Assembly: GCA_951406725.2 (NCBI GenBank)
Contig: OX597830.1
Location: forward strand, 21,452,001-21,516,000
DNA: 64,000 bases
Direction of reading: 5' to 3'
DNA from: Octopus vulgaris
Lineage: Eukaryota
Position numbers and translations under genes: made by a program. Every line of letters begins with the position of its first letter. Within the stretch, counting starts at the first letter, position 1. Below, one piece after another: positions 41,259 to 56,392 of this stretch. Below the pieces are notes generated by a model. That model saw only the letters and a list, made by a program, of their open reading frames with translations, was not told the origin of the DNA and did no database searches.

Positions 41259-41996
41259 AGCCCAAGTCGGAACAGATATTTTCACGAGGCATTTCCGACC
41301 TTGCCAAGTTTATATCTGACCTAAAATTTTCAAATCGTCGCACTCGCGCCAAATTTATCGGCAGCAAATAAATATAAGCCGTCGATTCCATTACGGAATT
41401 AACCAGAAAATTCATAATTAATCAATATAGGGTGGCAAAAAAATTTTGTAGAATTCTTTTGTCACCAGCGGCCTAGTAGGAAAAAATTAAATAGTCATAG
41501 ACCATTTTTAAGTTTAACATCAACAATCAAGGAACGCCCATAATAGGCCATTCACCCACTAGAAATAACAGCCAAAGCTTCAACCGCAAATAAAAGTTAA
41601 TTCTGTAAACCAGAAGAAAATTTAAAAAACATTTACCCTGTAATTTCTTATACGATATACCGTTTCATCTGCTGATTAATGGTAAACTAACCTGATTAAA
41701 TTGATTGTTGATGTTAAACTTAATTGATTGTTGATGTTAAACTTAAAAATGGTCTATGACTATTTAATTTTTTCCTACTAGGCCGCTGGTGGCAAAAGAA
41801 TTCTACAAAATTTTTTTTGCCACCCTATATTGATTAATTATGAATTTTCTGGTTAATTCCGTAATGGAATCGACGGCTTATATTTATTTGCTGCCGATAA
41901 ATTTGGCGCGAGTGCGACGATTTGAAAATTTTAGGTCAGATATAAACTTGGCAAGGTCGGAAATGCCTCGTGAAAATATCTGTTCCGACTTGGGCT

Positions 41997-42103
41997 ATTT
42001 CTTACTGACGAATCTGAGGGCCTGTGGAAGATTGGCTTGATTTAATTTAATCAGGTTAGTTTACCATTAATCAGCAGATGAAACGGTATATCGTATAAGA
42101 AAT
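41997..42103 (+). ncRNA. Type I hammerhead ribozyme (predicted cleavage after 42095)
   Basis: Stem I ATTTCTTA/TAAGAAAT, core CTGACGA 42005-42011, stem II ATCTG/CAGAT with long G-U-rich extension, GAAA 42080-42083, stem III CGGTATATCG, GUA triplet. Confidence 0.9.
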
Positions 42104-42488
42104 TACAGGGTAAATGTTTTTTAAATTTTCTCCTGGTTTACAGAATTAACTTTTATTTGCGGTTGAAGCTTTGGCTGTTATTTCTAGTGGGTGAATGGCC
42201 TATTATGGCCGTTCCTTGATTGTTGATGTTAAACTTAAAAATGGTCTATGACTATTTAATTTTTTCCTACTAGGCCGCTGGTGGCAAAAGAATTCTACAA
42301 AATTTTTTTTGCCACCCTATATTGATTAATTATGAATTTTCTGGTTAATTCCGTAATGGAATCGACGGCTTATATTTATTTGCTGCCGATAAATTTGGCG
42401 CGAGTGCGACGATTTGAAAATTTTAGGTCAGATATAAACTTGGCAAGGTCGGAAATGCCTCGTGAAAATATCTGTTCCGACTTGGGCT

Positions 42489-42595
42489 ATTTCTTACTGA
42501 CGAATCTGAGGGCCTGTGGAAGATTGGCTTGATTTAATTTAATCAGGTTAGTTTACCATTAATCAGCAGATGAAACGGTATATCGTATAAGAAAT
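42489..42595 (+). ncRNA. Type I hammerhead ribozyme (predicted cleavage after 42587)
   Basis: Identical to 41997-42103, 492 nt downstream. Confidence 0.9.
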
Positions 42596-42817
42596 TACAG
42601 GGTAAATGTTTTTTAAATTTTCTCCTGGTTTACAGAATTAACTTTTATTTGCGGTTGAAGCTTTGGCTGTTATTTCTAGTGGGTGAATGGCCTATTATGG
42701 CCGTTCCTTGATTGTTGATGTTAAACTTAAAAATGGTCTATGACTATTTAATTTTTTCCTACTAGGCCGCTGGTGGCAAAATAATTCTACAAAATTTTTT
42801 TTTGCCACCCTATATTG

Positions 42818-42918
<101 letters not shown>

Positions 42919-42945
42919 GTATGTACGTATGTATGTATGTATGTA

Positions 42946-42991
<46 letters not shown>

Positions 42992-43193
42992 CATATTATT
43001 ATATATTGTTTATTCCTTTTTTGTACTTTTTGTTATCTAGTTATATGTTTTATAATATATTTTATTTTTGATTTTTGATTTGGTTTATGCCTATCATTAT
43101 TTGAATTACATAATATGTATCATATAATAGATACATACATACGTATGTGTGTGTATATATATATATATATATAACTGGCACGTTCAAAGACTT

Positions 43194-43412
43194 ATAGTAA
43201 ATGCACAGACGAACGAAAAACGGACACAGAAGGTCCTCAATTCCTCATCAACGGGTCTAACACAGTTTCGTGCTTTTAACAATAACGTTAAAATTTCGTG
43301 CCTTTAACAATAACGTTAAAGACACGAAATTGCGTTAGACCCACTGGCCGATAACTGATAAGGAATTAGGGACCTTCTGTGTCTGTTTTTCGTTCGTCTG
43401 TGCATTTACTAT
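43194..43412. repeat. Imperfect inverted repeat between (TA)n tracts, probable fold-back retroelement end
   Basis: atagtaaatgcacagacgaacgaaaaacggacacagaaggtcc versus ggaccttctgtgtctgtttttcgttcgtctgtgcatttactat. Confidence 0.75.
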
Positions 43413-43524
43413 GTATTTTTTTTAACTTTCATTCTGTGCCTGTCTTTCGTTTGTGCATTTACTATACATTTTAAAATTCCTTAACTTATTAATTAAAGGG
43501 ACGCAACGCACACTTGGTTTTACT

Positions 43525-43585
<61 letters not shown>

Positions 43586-43640
43586 TTTATTTAAAGCAGC
43601 AGAAAATTCAACAAAACCTGTAACTCTGAGTTTCCCGTTG

Positions 43641-43690
43641 CAAAAACTGTCCGATGAACGGCAACGGGAAACTCAGAGTAACAGCTTTTG
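43641..43690 (+). ncRNA. Minimal type I hammerhead (CCGAUGA core variant) in a fold-back (43585-43717) within (TA)n
   Basis: CAAAAACUGU-CCGAUGA-A-CG-gcaa-CG-G-GAAA-CUC-a-GAG-UA-ACAGCUUUUG. Confidence 0.65.
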
Positions 43691-43787
43691 TTGAATTTTC
43701 TGCTGCTTTAAATAAAGCATATTACTCTACCACTGGTATTTGAGTACTCTTTTTTCCACCTTGATTCACATTTATGTGTTTACTCCG

Positions 43788-43834
<47 letters not shown>

Positions 43835-44304
43835 GTGGTAGACAAATAATAAAATCGTGGCAAACGCACAAATACACCTATTGCAGACGATCTACTGTTT
43901 TATCATACACTTACAATCGTAATAGTGTTAAGTAGACAACGTGTTTATATTACCTTATGATGCGAAAGAAGTGCGTATTGAGGAAGTCCGTGTGGTTATT
44001 GATAAATGGAGTTTTGTGAGGATTCATAATGGCAATGATGATGATGATGGTGGCGGTGGTGGTGATAGTGGTGAGGGTGGTGTTATTGGTGGTGGTGGTG
44101 TTAATGGCGGTGATGATAACGAATGATGGTATGGTATTTGTTGTGATGTTTATAAGAAGAGGTATGTTGATAGCGATAATGATGAAAGTGGGATGAAATG
44201 GTGATGGTGACTGGCTGGAAGACGAGGGAGAAGGAGGGTTGGATTAGTTAGAGGAGGCGTAGGAGTATTAAGTGAAGGAGTTGGAGAAGGGGAAGTGGGA
44301 GAAA

Positions 44305-44331
44305 GGAAATAATAATGATAATAATGTAAAT

Positions 44332-44393
<62 letters not shown>

Positions 44394-44410
44394 TGATGAT
44401 GATGATGATG

Positions 44411-44485
<75 letters not shown>

Positions 44486-44945
44486 TGATGGAGGAGGAGG
44501 AGGAGGAGGAGGAGAAAGAGAAGACAAAAAGAAGAACAGGAAAAGAGAGGAGGAGGAGGAAGAGAACACGGAAAAGAAGCAGAAGAAGGAGAAGGAGGAG
44601 GAGGAGGAGAAGAAGAAGAAGAAGAAGAAGAAGAAGAAGAAGAAGAAGAAGAAGAAGAAGAAGAAGAAGAAGAAAGAATAGAAAGAAACGAAGAAGAAGA
44701 AGAAGACGAAGAAGAAAAAGAAGAAGAAGAAGAGAAAGAAACGAAGAAGAAAAAGAAGACGAAGAAGAAGAAAAAGAAGAAGAAGAAGAAGAAGAAGAAT
44801 AGAAAGAAACGAAGAAGAAGAAGAAGAAGAAAGAATAGAAAGAAACGAAGAAGAAGAAGAAGGAAACGATGAAAAAGAAAAAGGAGAAGAAGAACAACAA
44901 CAATAACACGTTGAAGAAGGGTAACAACAACAACAGCAACAATAA
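44305..44945. repeat. (AAT)n/(AAG)n/(GAG)n block
   Basis: Direct reading. Confidence 0.9.
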
Positions 44946-45329
44946 CAAATGGTATTCTTGTTGGTTGTTTGATAAGGGATCGCATTGTATTTAGTGGATG
45001 GCGAGGCAAGTAAAGAATAGATAAGTGTTGGTGCTAGGAAGATTTTAGGGTGTTGGTCAGTTGGTATTTTTGGCGAGGCGAGGGTGATAGGGATGGCGAA
45101 CGTGCAGTCCGGTTGTGGAGAGGGGTGGGCCGGGTGTGTGGTGTGGAGAGGGGTGTGGTCTGTTGTGCCGGTGTTATGATACGATGTTTCTTACATGAAA
45201 GAAGGAGCCGCCACGACAATCAGATTTTGTACCGGTTCATTAGAAGTAGTAGAGTTCGAAGCCAACAGAAATCGATAGCGACTCGCTGTTTCAGGCCTGA
45301 TGTTCGCATCGCTAGTTACATTGTTCAGT

Positions 45330-46845
45330 GGTGACGGCGGCGGTGGCGGTTGCGGCGGTGGCTATGTTCGAGATGGTGGTGGTGTTGGTGGTGGTGATGG
45401 TGGTGTTGGTATTGGTTGCGGGCTAGACGATGTTGTTGTTGTTGTTGGTGGTGGTGGAGGAGGTTTTGTTGCCATTTGGTAGTGCTGGTGGTGGTGAAGG
45501 TGGCATTGGCGGTAGCGGAGGTAGTGGCTATGCTTGTGATGGTGATTGTGGTGGTTATGGCGTCGGTGGTCGGCTAGACAATGTTGGTGGTGGTGGTGAT
45601 AGTGGCGGCGGCGGTAGCGGAGGTAGTGGTTACGCTTGTGATGGTGGTGGTGGTGATCGTGGTGTTGGTATTGGTTGTGGACTAGACGATGTTGGTGGTG
45701 GTGGTGGTGGTGGTGGTGGTGGTGGTGGTGGTGGCGGTGGTGGTGGCGGTAGCGGTAGCGGAGGTAGTGGCTATGCTTGTAGTGGTCATGGTGGTGCTGG
45801 CGTCGGTGGTCGGCTAGACAATGTTGGTGGTGGTGGTGGCGATGGTGTCGGTGCCGTTGGTAGTGGTGGTGATGATGGTGGTGATGGCGGCAGCGGCGGT
45901 AGTGGAGGTAGTGGTTACGCTTGTGATGGTGGTCGTGGTGGTGCTGGCGTTGATGGTCGGCTAGACAATGTTGTTGTTGTTGTTGTTGTTGTTGTTGGTG
46001 ATGGTGTTGGTGCCGTTGGTAGTGGTGGTGGTGGTGGTGATAATTTACGGGGTGGTGGCGAGTGTTGTTGGTGTTGTAGCTAATGGTGTGCGAGATAACT
46101 GTGGTAGTGGTAGTGGTAGGGGTGTTGTGTTGGTGTTGGTGGCGGTGCACGTGGTTGTAGTGGTGGTAATGATGACGGTAGTGGAAGCGGTGGTGGTGTT
46201 GGTGGTGGTTGTGTGGATGGTGACGGTGTTAGTGAGGCTGGTGGCGGTGTTGGTGGTAACGGTGTTGATGGTAGTGGTGATAGTGGTGGTAGTAGTTGTA
46301 GTGATGTTGGTGGTGGCGGTCTTGGTGTCGGTGGTGTTGGTAGTGGTGGTGTTGATGTTGGCGGTGGCAATGTTGGTGTCGGTGTTGGTGGTGGTGATGG
46401 TGTTGGTGGTGGTTGTGGTAATAGTAGTGTTGATGGTGGTGGTGGCGGCGGCGTGTTAGTGGTAGTGGTGGTGGTATTGGTGGTGATGGTTACAGTCAGG
46501 GGATGGTGCTGGTGGTGCGAGTTGATGATAGTAGTAGCGGTTACAGTTGTGTTGGTGGTGCCACTGCCGTTGTTGCTACTGTTATTGCAGGTAGTGGTTA
46601 TTGTTTGCAGTTGTCGGTACTGGCCTTAGTAGTTATTGTTGGTAGCGGTGGTGGTAATGGTGGTGGTGGTGATGCTGATGATGGTGATGGTGGTAGCGGT
46701 GGTGGTGGTGGTGGTGGTGGTGGTGATGCTGATGGTGGTAGCGGTGGTGGTAGTGGTGCTGGTGGTAGTAGTGGTGGTGGTGGTGGTGATGGTGGTTGTG
46801 TTGTTGTTGTTGGTGGTGGTGATCGTGGTTGTGGTGGTGATGGTA
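45330..46845. repeat. Degenerate (GGT)n domain containing a 4-5-unit complex minisatellite (45390-46040)
   Basis: Recurrent ggtagcggaggtagtggYtaYgcttgt and ggctagacRatgtt motifs. Confidence 0.8.
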
Positions 46846-47133
46846 GCATTGATAGATTGATAGTTGATGATCCTGATGTCTGTTCCAAGGTGGAGCCACC
46901 AAAATAGAAGTTGTTGTCCACAACAACGAATATGATTTGATGGGTATGGAAGGAGATAAAGGCCAAAAAACAGAAGCTGCAACAAAAACAAACAAACAAA
47001 AAACGATGGTGGTTGGTGATGAGGGATGATGCGCAGGATAGCCAGAACGGATGAGAGGAGGGGGAGAAATCAGGTCTAGACTAAAGGTATATGAATATCA
47101 TTTGCGATTGGTAAAACTCAGTTCATTGAGTTT

Positions 47134-47173
<40 letters not shown>

Positions 47174-47835
47174 GCACACCCACACACACACACACACACA
47201 CACGCATAGCTATTAACACTGTGTATATATGTGTGTGTCTGTGTGTATACACACACACACATATGCTTTATTCTTTTATTCTTTTACTTATTTCAGTCAT
47301 TTGACTGTGAGCATGCTGGGGCACCGCTTTAGTCGAACGAATAGGAGCCGGACTTATTCTATCTGTCTCAGGAGACAGGCAAAATGTGTGTTGTCTCTTG
47401 TAGCGTAAGCAGGAGAAAGAAAGATAGCCGCTGGTCACGTGTGAGCAACGAGTGAGTCAAGGAGGAAGAGTGGGGGAGAGGGAGAGGGAGAGATTGAGAA
47501 CGGTGAAGTTCTTTCTCCTCCTTACGCTAAAAGAGACAACAGACATTTTTGCCTGTCTCTTGTCAAAGCTTGTTCCTCCAGCATTCACCACTTCACCTCG
47601 CAATAACATCAGCTACTATGCACAGTGCGTAGAAGACTGCTCAGGTGGGATAATAAGCTGAGACTTACCCTGAAATAAGGTTTTGATACCGTGTTTAACA
47701 CGTATTTTCTTAACCACAATTCTTAAACCTTATACTTGACTTATTTATGTTCGCATGTTTATATATTTATATATATATATATATACATTAACCCTCCATA
47801 AATCCCAAATTTTATTTTGGTATTTATAGGACCAA

Positions 47836-47909
47836 TTGTCTTCGAAGACTCATATTGTTGTTGAATACCTGAAATGAGAAGTAGATAGACAGCCGACAAC
47901 TGATGAAGG
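47836..47909 (+). ncRNA. Permuted hammerhead motif (family P), most canonical copy; predicted cleavage after 47854
   Basis: UUGUCU..CUCA-UA-UUGUUG-uugaaua-CCU-GAAA-UGAG-aaguagau-AGACAG-c-CGACAA-CUGAUGA-AGG: stems III (4 bp + A-U), I (6 bp), II (3 bp) and extra helix all pair. Confidence 0.8.
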
Positions 47910-48020
47910 ATCGTTCTTTGTGTTACTCGTCCTGTTTTCCACTTTATTCTCATGTTGTTTTCGTACTTCATGTTGTTTACTGTTGGTGACGTTCTGTACT
48001 CATATATGCACATATATATA

Positions 48021-48056
<36 letters not shown>

Positions 48057-48207
48057 TACATATTATATATATATATACACCCATATTATATACATATATA
48101 CACCCATTTATATACATATATACCCATATACATACATATTATATATATATACACCCATTTATATACATATATACCCATATACATGCATATAAATATATAT
48201 ATCTATG

Positions 48208-48241
<34 letters not shown>

Positions 48242-48479
48242 CACTGCTACTCGTATACATACATATATACATCTATGAGTATATGTATATAGTCTAGGCA
48301 AAAAAGGCCCTCTTTGGTTGTTTTCTTGTTTGTTTTTATTTCTTGTAGTATTTATATCTTGTACTTTATTTTGTAATTTTATTTGTATCATTTTTACGTC
48401 CTGTTTGTGTCACATTTTGTTCTTTCCTTGTTTTTACCCCTCTGCGAAGTAATGTTCTTTAATTTCTTCGCAGGAAGGG

Positions 48480-48554
48480 CTAGTTCGACGAGTCGTGTTC
48501 TGTCCTCACCTTCGAAACACGCTGGAGTTGAACTAGGGACAGCTGATGAAGGGG
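48480..48554 (+). ncRNA. Permuted hammerhead motif (family P), GUU triplet; predicted cleavage after 48499
   Basis: CUAGUUC..CGUG-UU-CUGUCC-uca-CCUUC-GAAA-CACG..GAACUAG-GGACAG-CUGAUGA-AGGGG. Confidence 0.78.
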
Positions 48555-49269
48555 ATTTTTCCTTGTGTAGTTTGTCTTGTACTCTGTTTTTCGTTGTAAA
48601 AAAAAGGTCCGTTCCATGCTTGTTTTCACGTTTTCGTTCTCGTTGAGTTCTGCGTCTATTTGTGGTGTCCTGTACTCACGTATATATATTTATATATGCA
48701 TGTATATATACATGTAGATGTAGGTACGTACATATATGTATGTATGTATGCATATATTTTATTTATTACACTATTGTATGACTGAGCGCCCTCGCATCGA
48801 TTCGATTCGTTTCTTCTTCTCCCAGTACAGTTTTTATATATAATTATGACACGAAACACTATACCTCTTTGCTTAACTTTCTCTTCTCTCCCTTTCCCGC
48901 TCTCTCACTTCTCCTCATCTCTCTCACAGCCGTTTGTCTTCCTCTATCTCTCTCTCTCCCTCACTCCTCCTCATCTCTCTCACTGCCGGCCAAAATACTT
49001 CCTTTTGCATGCGGCCTACTAACTGTAAACACACGGTTTTCTTGCGCTCCTTGAATCTCTCCTCGTCTAGGTAAAAAAGGCCCTCTTTGGTTGTTTTCTT
49101 GTTTGTTTTTATTTCTTGTATTCTATTTTTTTGTAATTGTATTTATATTTTGTACTTTATTTTGTAATTTTATTTGTATCATTTTGCGTCCTGTTTGTGT
49201 CACATTTTGTTCTTTCCTTGTTTTTACCCCTCTGCGAAGTAATGTTCTTTAATTTCTTCGCAGGAAGGG

Positions 49270-49344
49270 CTAGTTCGACGAGTCGTGTTCTGTCCTCACC
49301 TTCGAAACACGCTGGAGTTGAACTAGGGACAGCTGATGAAGGGG
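49270..49344 (+). ncRNA. Permuted hammerhead motif (family P), identical to 48480-48554
   Basis: Same sequence shifted by 790 nt. Confidence 0.78.
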
Positions 49345-49624
49345 ATTTTTCCTTGTGTAGTTTGTCTTGTACTCTGTTTTTCGTTGTAAAAAAAAGGTCC
49401 GTTCCATGCTTGTTTTCACGTTTTCGTTCTCGTTGAGTTCTGCGTCTATTTGTGGTGTCCTGTACTCACGTATATATATTTATATATGCATGTATATATA
49501 CATGTAGATGTAGGTACGTACATATTTGTATATATGTATGCATATATTTTATTTATTACACTATTGTATGACTGAGCGCCCTCGCGTCGATTCGATTCGT
49601 TTCTTCTTCTCCCAGTACAGTTTT

Positions 49625-49670
<46 letters not shown>

Positions 49671-49898
49671 CATATTTGTGTGTATATATAGCTTTTATCT
49701 TTTATTTGTTCCAGTTATTAGGCTATGGCCATGCTGGGGCACCGCTTTGCAGAATTTTAACTTGAATGAATCGTTTCCAGTACTTATTTTTTTATTGCAG
49801 CGTGGTACGTATTGTATCGGTCTTTATTGCCGAACCGCTACGTTATGAATTGGCTGGCTAGCTAGCTAGCTAGCTAGCTAGCTAGCTAGCTAGCTAGC

Positions 49899-49954
<56 letters not shown>

Positions 49955-50289
49955 TATATGTGGCTGTGAATGTGTGCGTACATGGATTCATGCAAGCGTT
50001 CTACACTGTACACCTCACAAAATACATACTAGTTCTTGCCTATTCGGCAGTCACACTAAAGACTATCTTTTCGCAGAGTCCGTCTAATAATACGGAACAA
50101 CAGGAACTTTTGCCTAAATATCAGATTAATGTATCTGCTTACCACATGCCTACTTCAAATAATACTTGAATTAGATTTCGGTGAGGTACACCTAATTTGA
50201 TTTTTTTTTTTTAATTGGGAATACTTTCTCTGCCTATTTAACCATCTGCCTAATGTTTACCCACCCCGCTTAGTACAGTTAGAGTTCTT

Positions 50290-50860
<571 letters not shown>

Positions 50861-50890
50861 AATTATTATCATTATTATTATTATTATTAA

Positions 50891-50957
<67 letters not shown>

Positions 50958-52004
50958 TTAGAGTCTTCAAGATTAGTCGAAGCTTTCTTGCTCGTCATAT
51001 CAAGTGTCTTAGTGCTTACGTTATTAATACATGGAATGTCTGGGGTACTGAACTTGTGGACTTACTCTCAAAAGTTTTGTTGTGTAACTTTGCATTGAAA
51101 GACAAATGCGTAACGATGATAGCACCAACAACAACATTGGCAGCAACAACAACAACCTTAATTCAATAATGTGTCTACATTGTCACTCTATGTTCCAGAA
51201 ATAGTTCCCAAATATCTTTTCAAATCACACTGCATTGGATAATGTGTTTCTTGATGCTGTTTGGAGAAGGAAGGAGATGGTCATGGTCGGATTGTTCTTG
51301 CTCATGGTTCCGTCATTGAGGATGTACCTAGATCATAACGACAATAACAGCTTCAACAATCTTTTAAAACAAAAACAACAGCAATTATATACCATATTGT
51401 CAATATTGTTTCTACCCCAAGGCAGCTGATGAGCAAAAACATTCCAACTGTGACCATAATTAGAGGTATTTAAGTCATCATTCAGTTAATCCTACCCGTA
51501 TATCAGATAGTGTGGCGCGATTTGAGAGAAACTTGGTAGGTATTTCTACATAGATAATCACTCGATGTTTTGATTGTATATCAAGTTTTTGATGTTGTTG
51601 TTGTTCAGCCCCAGGTCAGCTTCAATCAAATAGTCCAACGGTCAAAAACATTCCACTAAGTAAACATCGCCCCTTCTCCTTATATACTGAGAACTCGGGG
51701 CCATATTACCCAAGTGTGATTTTAGTAAGATTTGGCTTCTATTTCTAGCATACCGGGCCACTACATAAATACTCTGTCGTTGCCTCAGTTGTCTATGAGA
51801 TTGGTCGAGGAGGTTGATCCCTCTCATTTGCAACAATATCTTCGTCCTCTTTCTGGCATACAAACACATTTAGACCAGTGAGAGACAACTGCCCACCAAA
51901 GAAACGATTGTGGACAGAGGCTATGAAAATAAGGGGGTCATAAATAAAATAAAATCTTTATATTAAAAAAAAAACAAAACACGATTTTCGGTTATGTTTT
52001 TCTG

Positions 52005-54781
<2,777 letters not shown>

Positions 54782-54880
54782 GGCTTTGCCTTTCATCCTT
54801 TCGGGATCGATAATTTAAACACTGGAGTACATGATAACACTTCCAATCAGCTAAGTTCAAAAGCCATGAGAGCCACTGCC

Positions 54881-54912
<32 letters not shown>

Positions 54913-54914
54913 CA

Positions 54915-54976
<62 letters not shown>

Positions 54977-55419
54977 GATTTGACTCTAGTTGGGTCTTAT
55001 TCTTGATAGGATTTACTACCAGTACCCACATGCTTTCAATAGTCTTTCAAGTGCATAGAACCCTCCTTATAATCTTTCATGTTTCTAAGATGCAAACTTT
55101 CTGTAGAAACTCCACATGACATTCTATTCCACTCCCCTTCAACCGTTTGTCTACATCTTACATCTAATGCCGCAATCATCATAAGCGCAATCTTATGAAA
55201 AGTAACTCTGCCTTTCAAAGAAAACAGCAGATTTTTCTTTTCTTTTGTTTTGGTCTCAGTAAAACAAGAGTTGAAGGCAACCCTAGCAGATATCGTGCTA
55301 TCATAAGAGAAATATCTCCTTGATTGAGAGAGGGATACAGTGTGGTACTATGTGTCATCTTTAAAAGAGAGGACAGACGAAAGCGCAAACCCAAATCGTA
55401 CGTGACATACTCGCCCGTA

Positions 55420-55648
55420 AGCTGGCGAGAATCGTTAGCGCGTCAGGCGAAATGCTTAGCGGTATTTCGTCTGCCGTTACGTTCTGAGTTCAAATTCCAC
55501 CGAGGTCGACTTTGCCTTTCATCCTTTCGGGGTCGATTAAATAAGTACCAGTTACACACTGGGGTCGATGTAAGCGACTTAATATCCTTTTGTATGTCCT
55601 TGTTTGTCCCCTCTACGTTTAGCCCCCTGTAGGCAATAAAAAAATAAA
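55420..55648 (+). mobile_element. SINE family A
   Basis: Matches 27859-28090. Confidence 0.8.
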
Positions 55649-55672
55649 TATGGTATGAAGGTCAGGGCAGAT

Positions 55673-56229
55673 ATATTGTGTTGGGTCAAAAGTTCTGCAA
55701 TATTTTGATAACTTATTTGCTTTATTCATCAGGTTAGAACGAAAGCAGCCTAGCATTCAAAGTAGAGGCCATCGTATTGCCCAGTCTGGAGCCACCTTTC
55801 TCTCAATTCTTTGATTTCACGTTGATACCGGTTCTTGTCCTTCGAGACGTAGAACTCTTTCACGGCAGCTTCCACCTCGTCTTGGTTGATGAAGCGTCGC
55901 GTGCACAGGAAGTGAGCCATAGATCGGAAGTAAATATAATCCGAGGGAGCTACGCCCGGACAATAAACTGAGTATGACATCAGTTCGATTCCTACGAGTT
56001 CGTGGAGTTTACTTCGGATCGTTCGAGCGATGCGAGGTCTTGCGCTGTCCTGCTGTAGAAGAGCTCGCTCTCTGTTAAGCGTGGAATTAAAGAAATGGCA
56101 GAAAGGTGCCTTCAGACGATGCAACACGATGGCCTCCACTTTGAATGCTAGGCTGCTAAGCAGCTTTTGTTGTGACTTGACAAATAAGTTACCACAATAT
56201 TTCAAAACTTTTGACTCAATACCATAATA
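55673..56229. mobile_element. Mariner-derived element bounded by two inverted 3' ends
   Basis: tattgtgttgggtcaaaagtt versus aacttttgactcaataccataata; transposase C-terminus present in both orientations. Confidence 0.75.
55750..56080 (-). pseudogene. Mariner (DD34D) transposase C-terminal remnant
   Basis: QDSARPR (HDNARPH), YCPGVAPSDY (YSPDLAPSDY), FRSMAHFL, GIxxLxxRW-like EIKELRERW, GLYFE. Confidence 0.92.
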
Positions 56230-56392
56230 TTTGTATTTGAACAGTTATATAATGTCTTTTACCTTCTCTCGTCTTTTTATAACTTATCCATTCCACTCCA
56301 TCATAACACAAATTGCAGGTGCGGAGATCACAAGAAAAAAAAATTGTTCGGGAGGTTATGTAGTTGGGACTTACATATATCCAAATGACTCA

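Larger units (their letters stand above)
48292..49625 (+). mobile_element. Direct repeat of ~550 bp (48292-48835, 49065-49625) with ~230-bp spacer; family P element in partial-tandem form
   Basis: Near-identical copies, each with one permuted HHR, 790 nt apart; TA-rich flanks. Confidence 0.85.

Noticed and set aside
41840-42040. 66-aa ORF repeated three times
   Set aside because: Part of the 492-bp unit; the locus 1 copy has indels in this stretch, and the RNA structure explains the conservation better.
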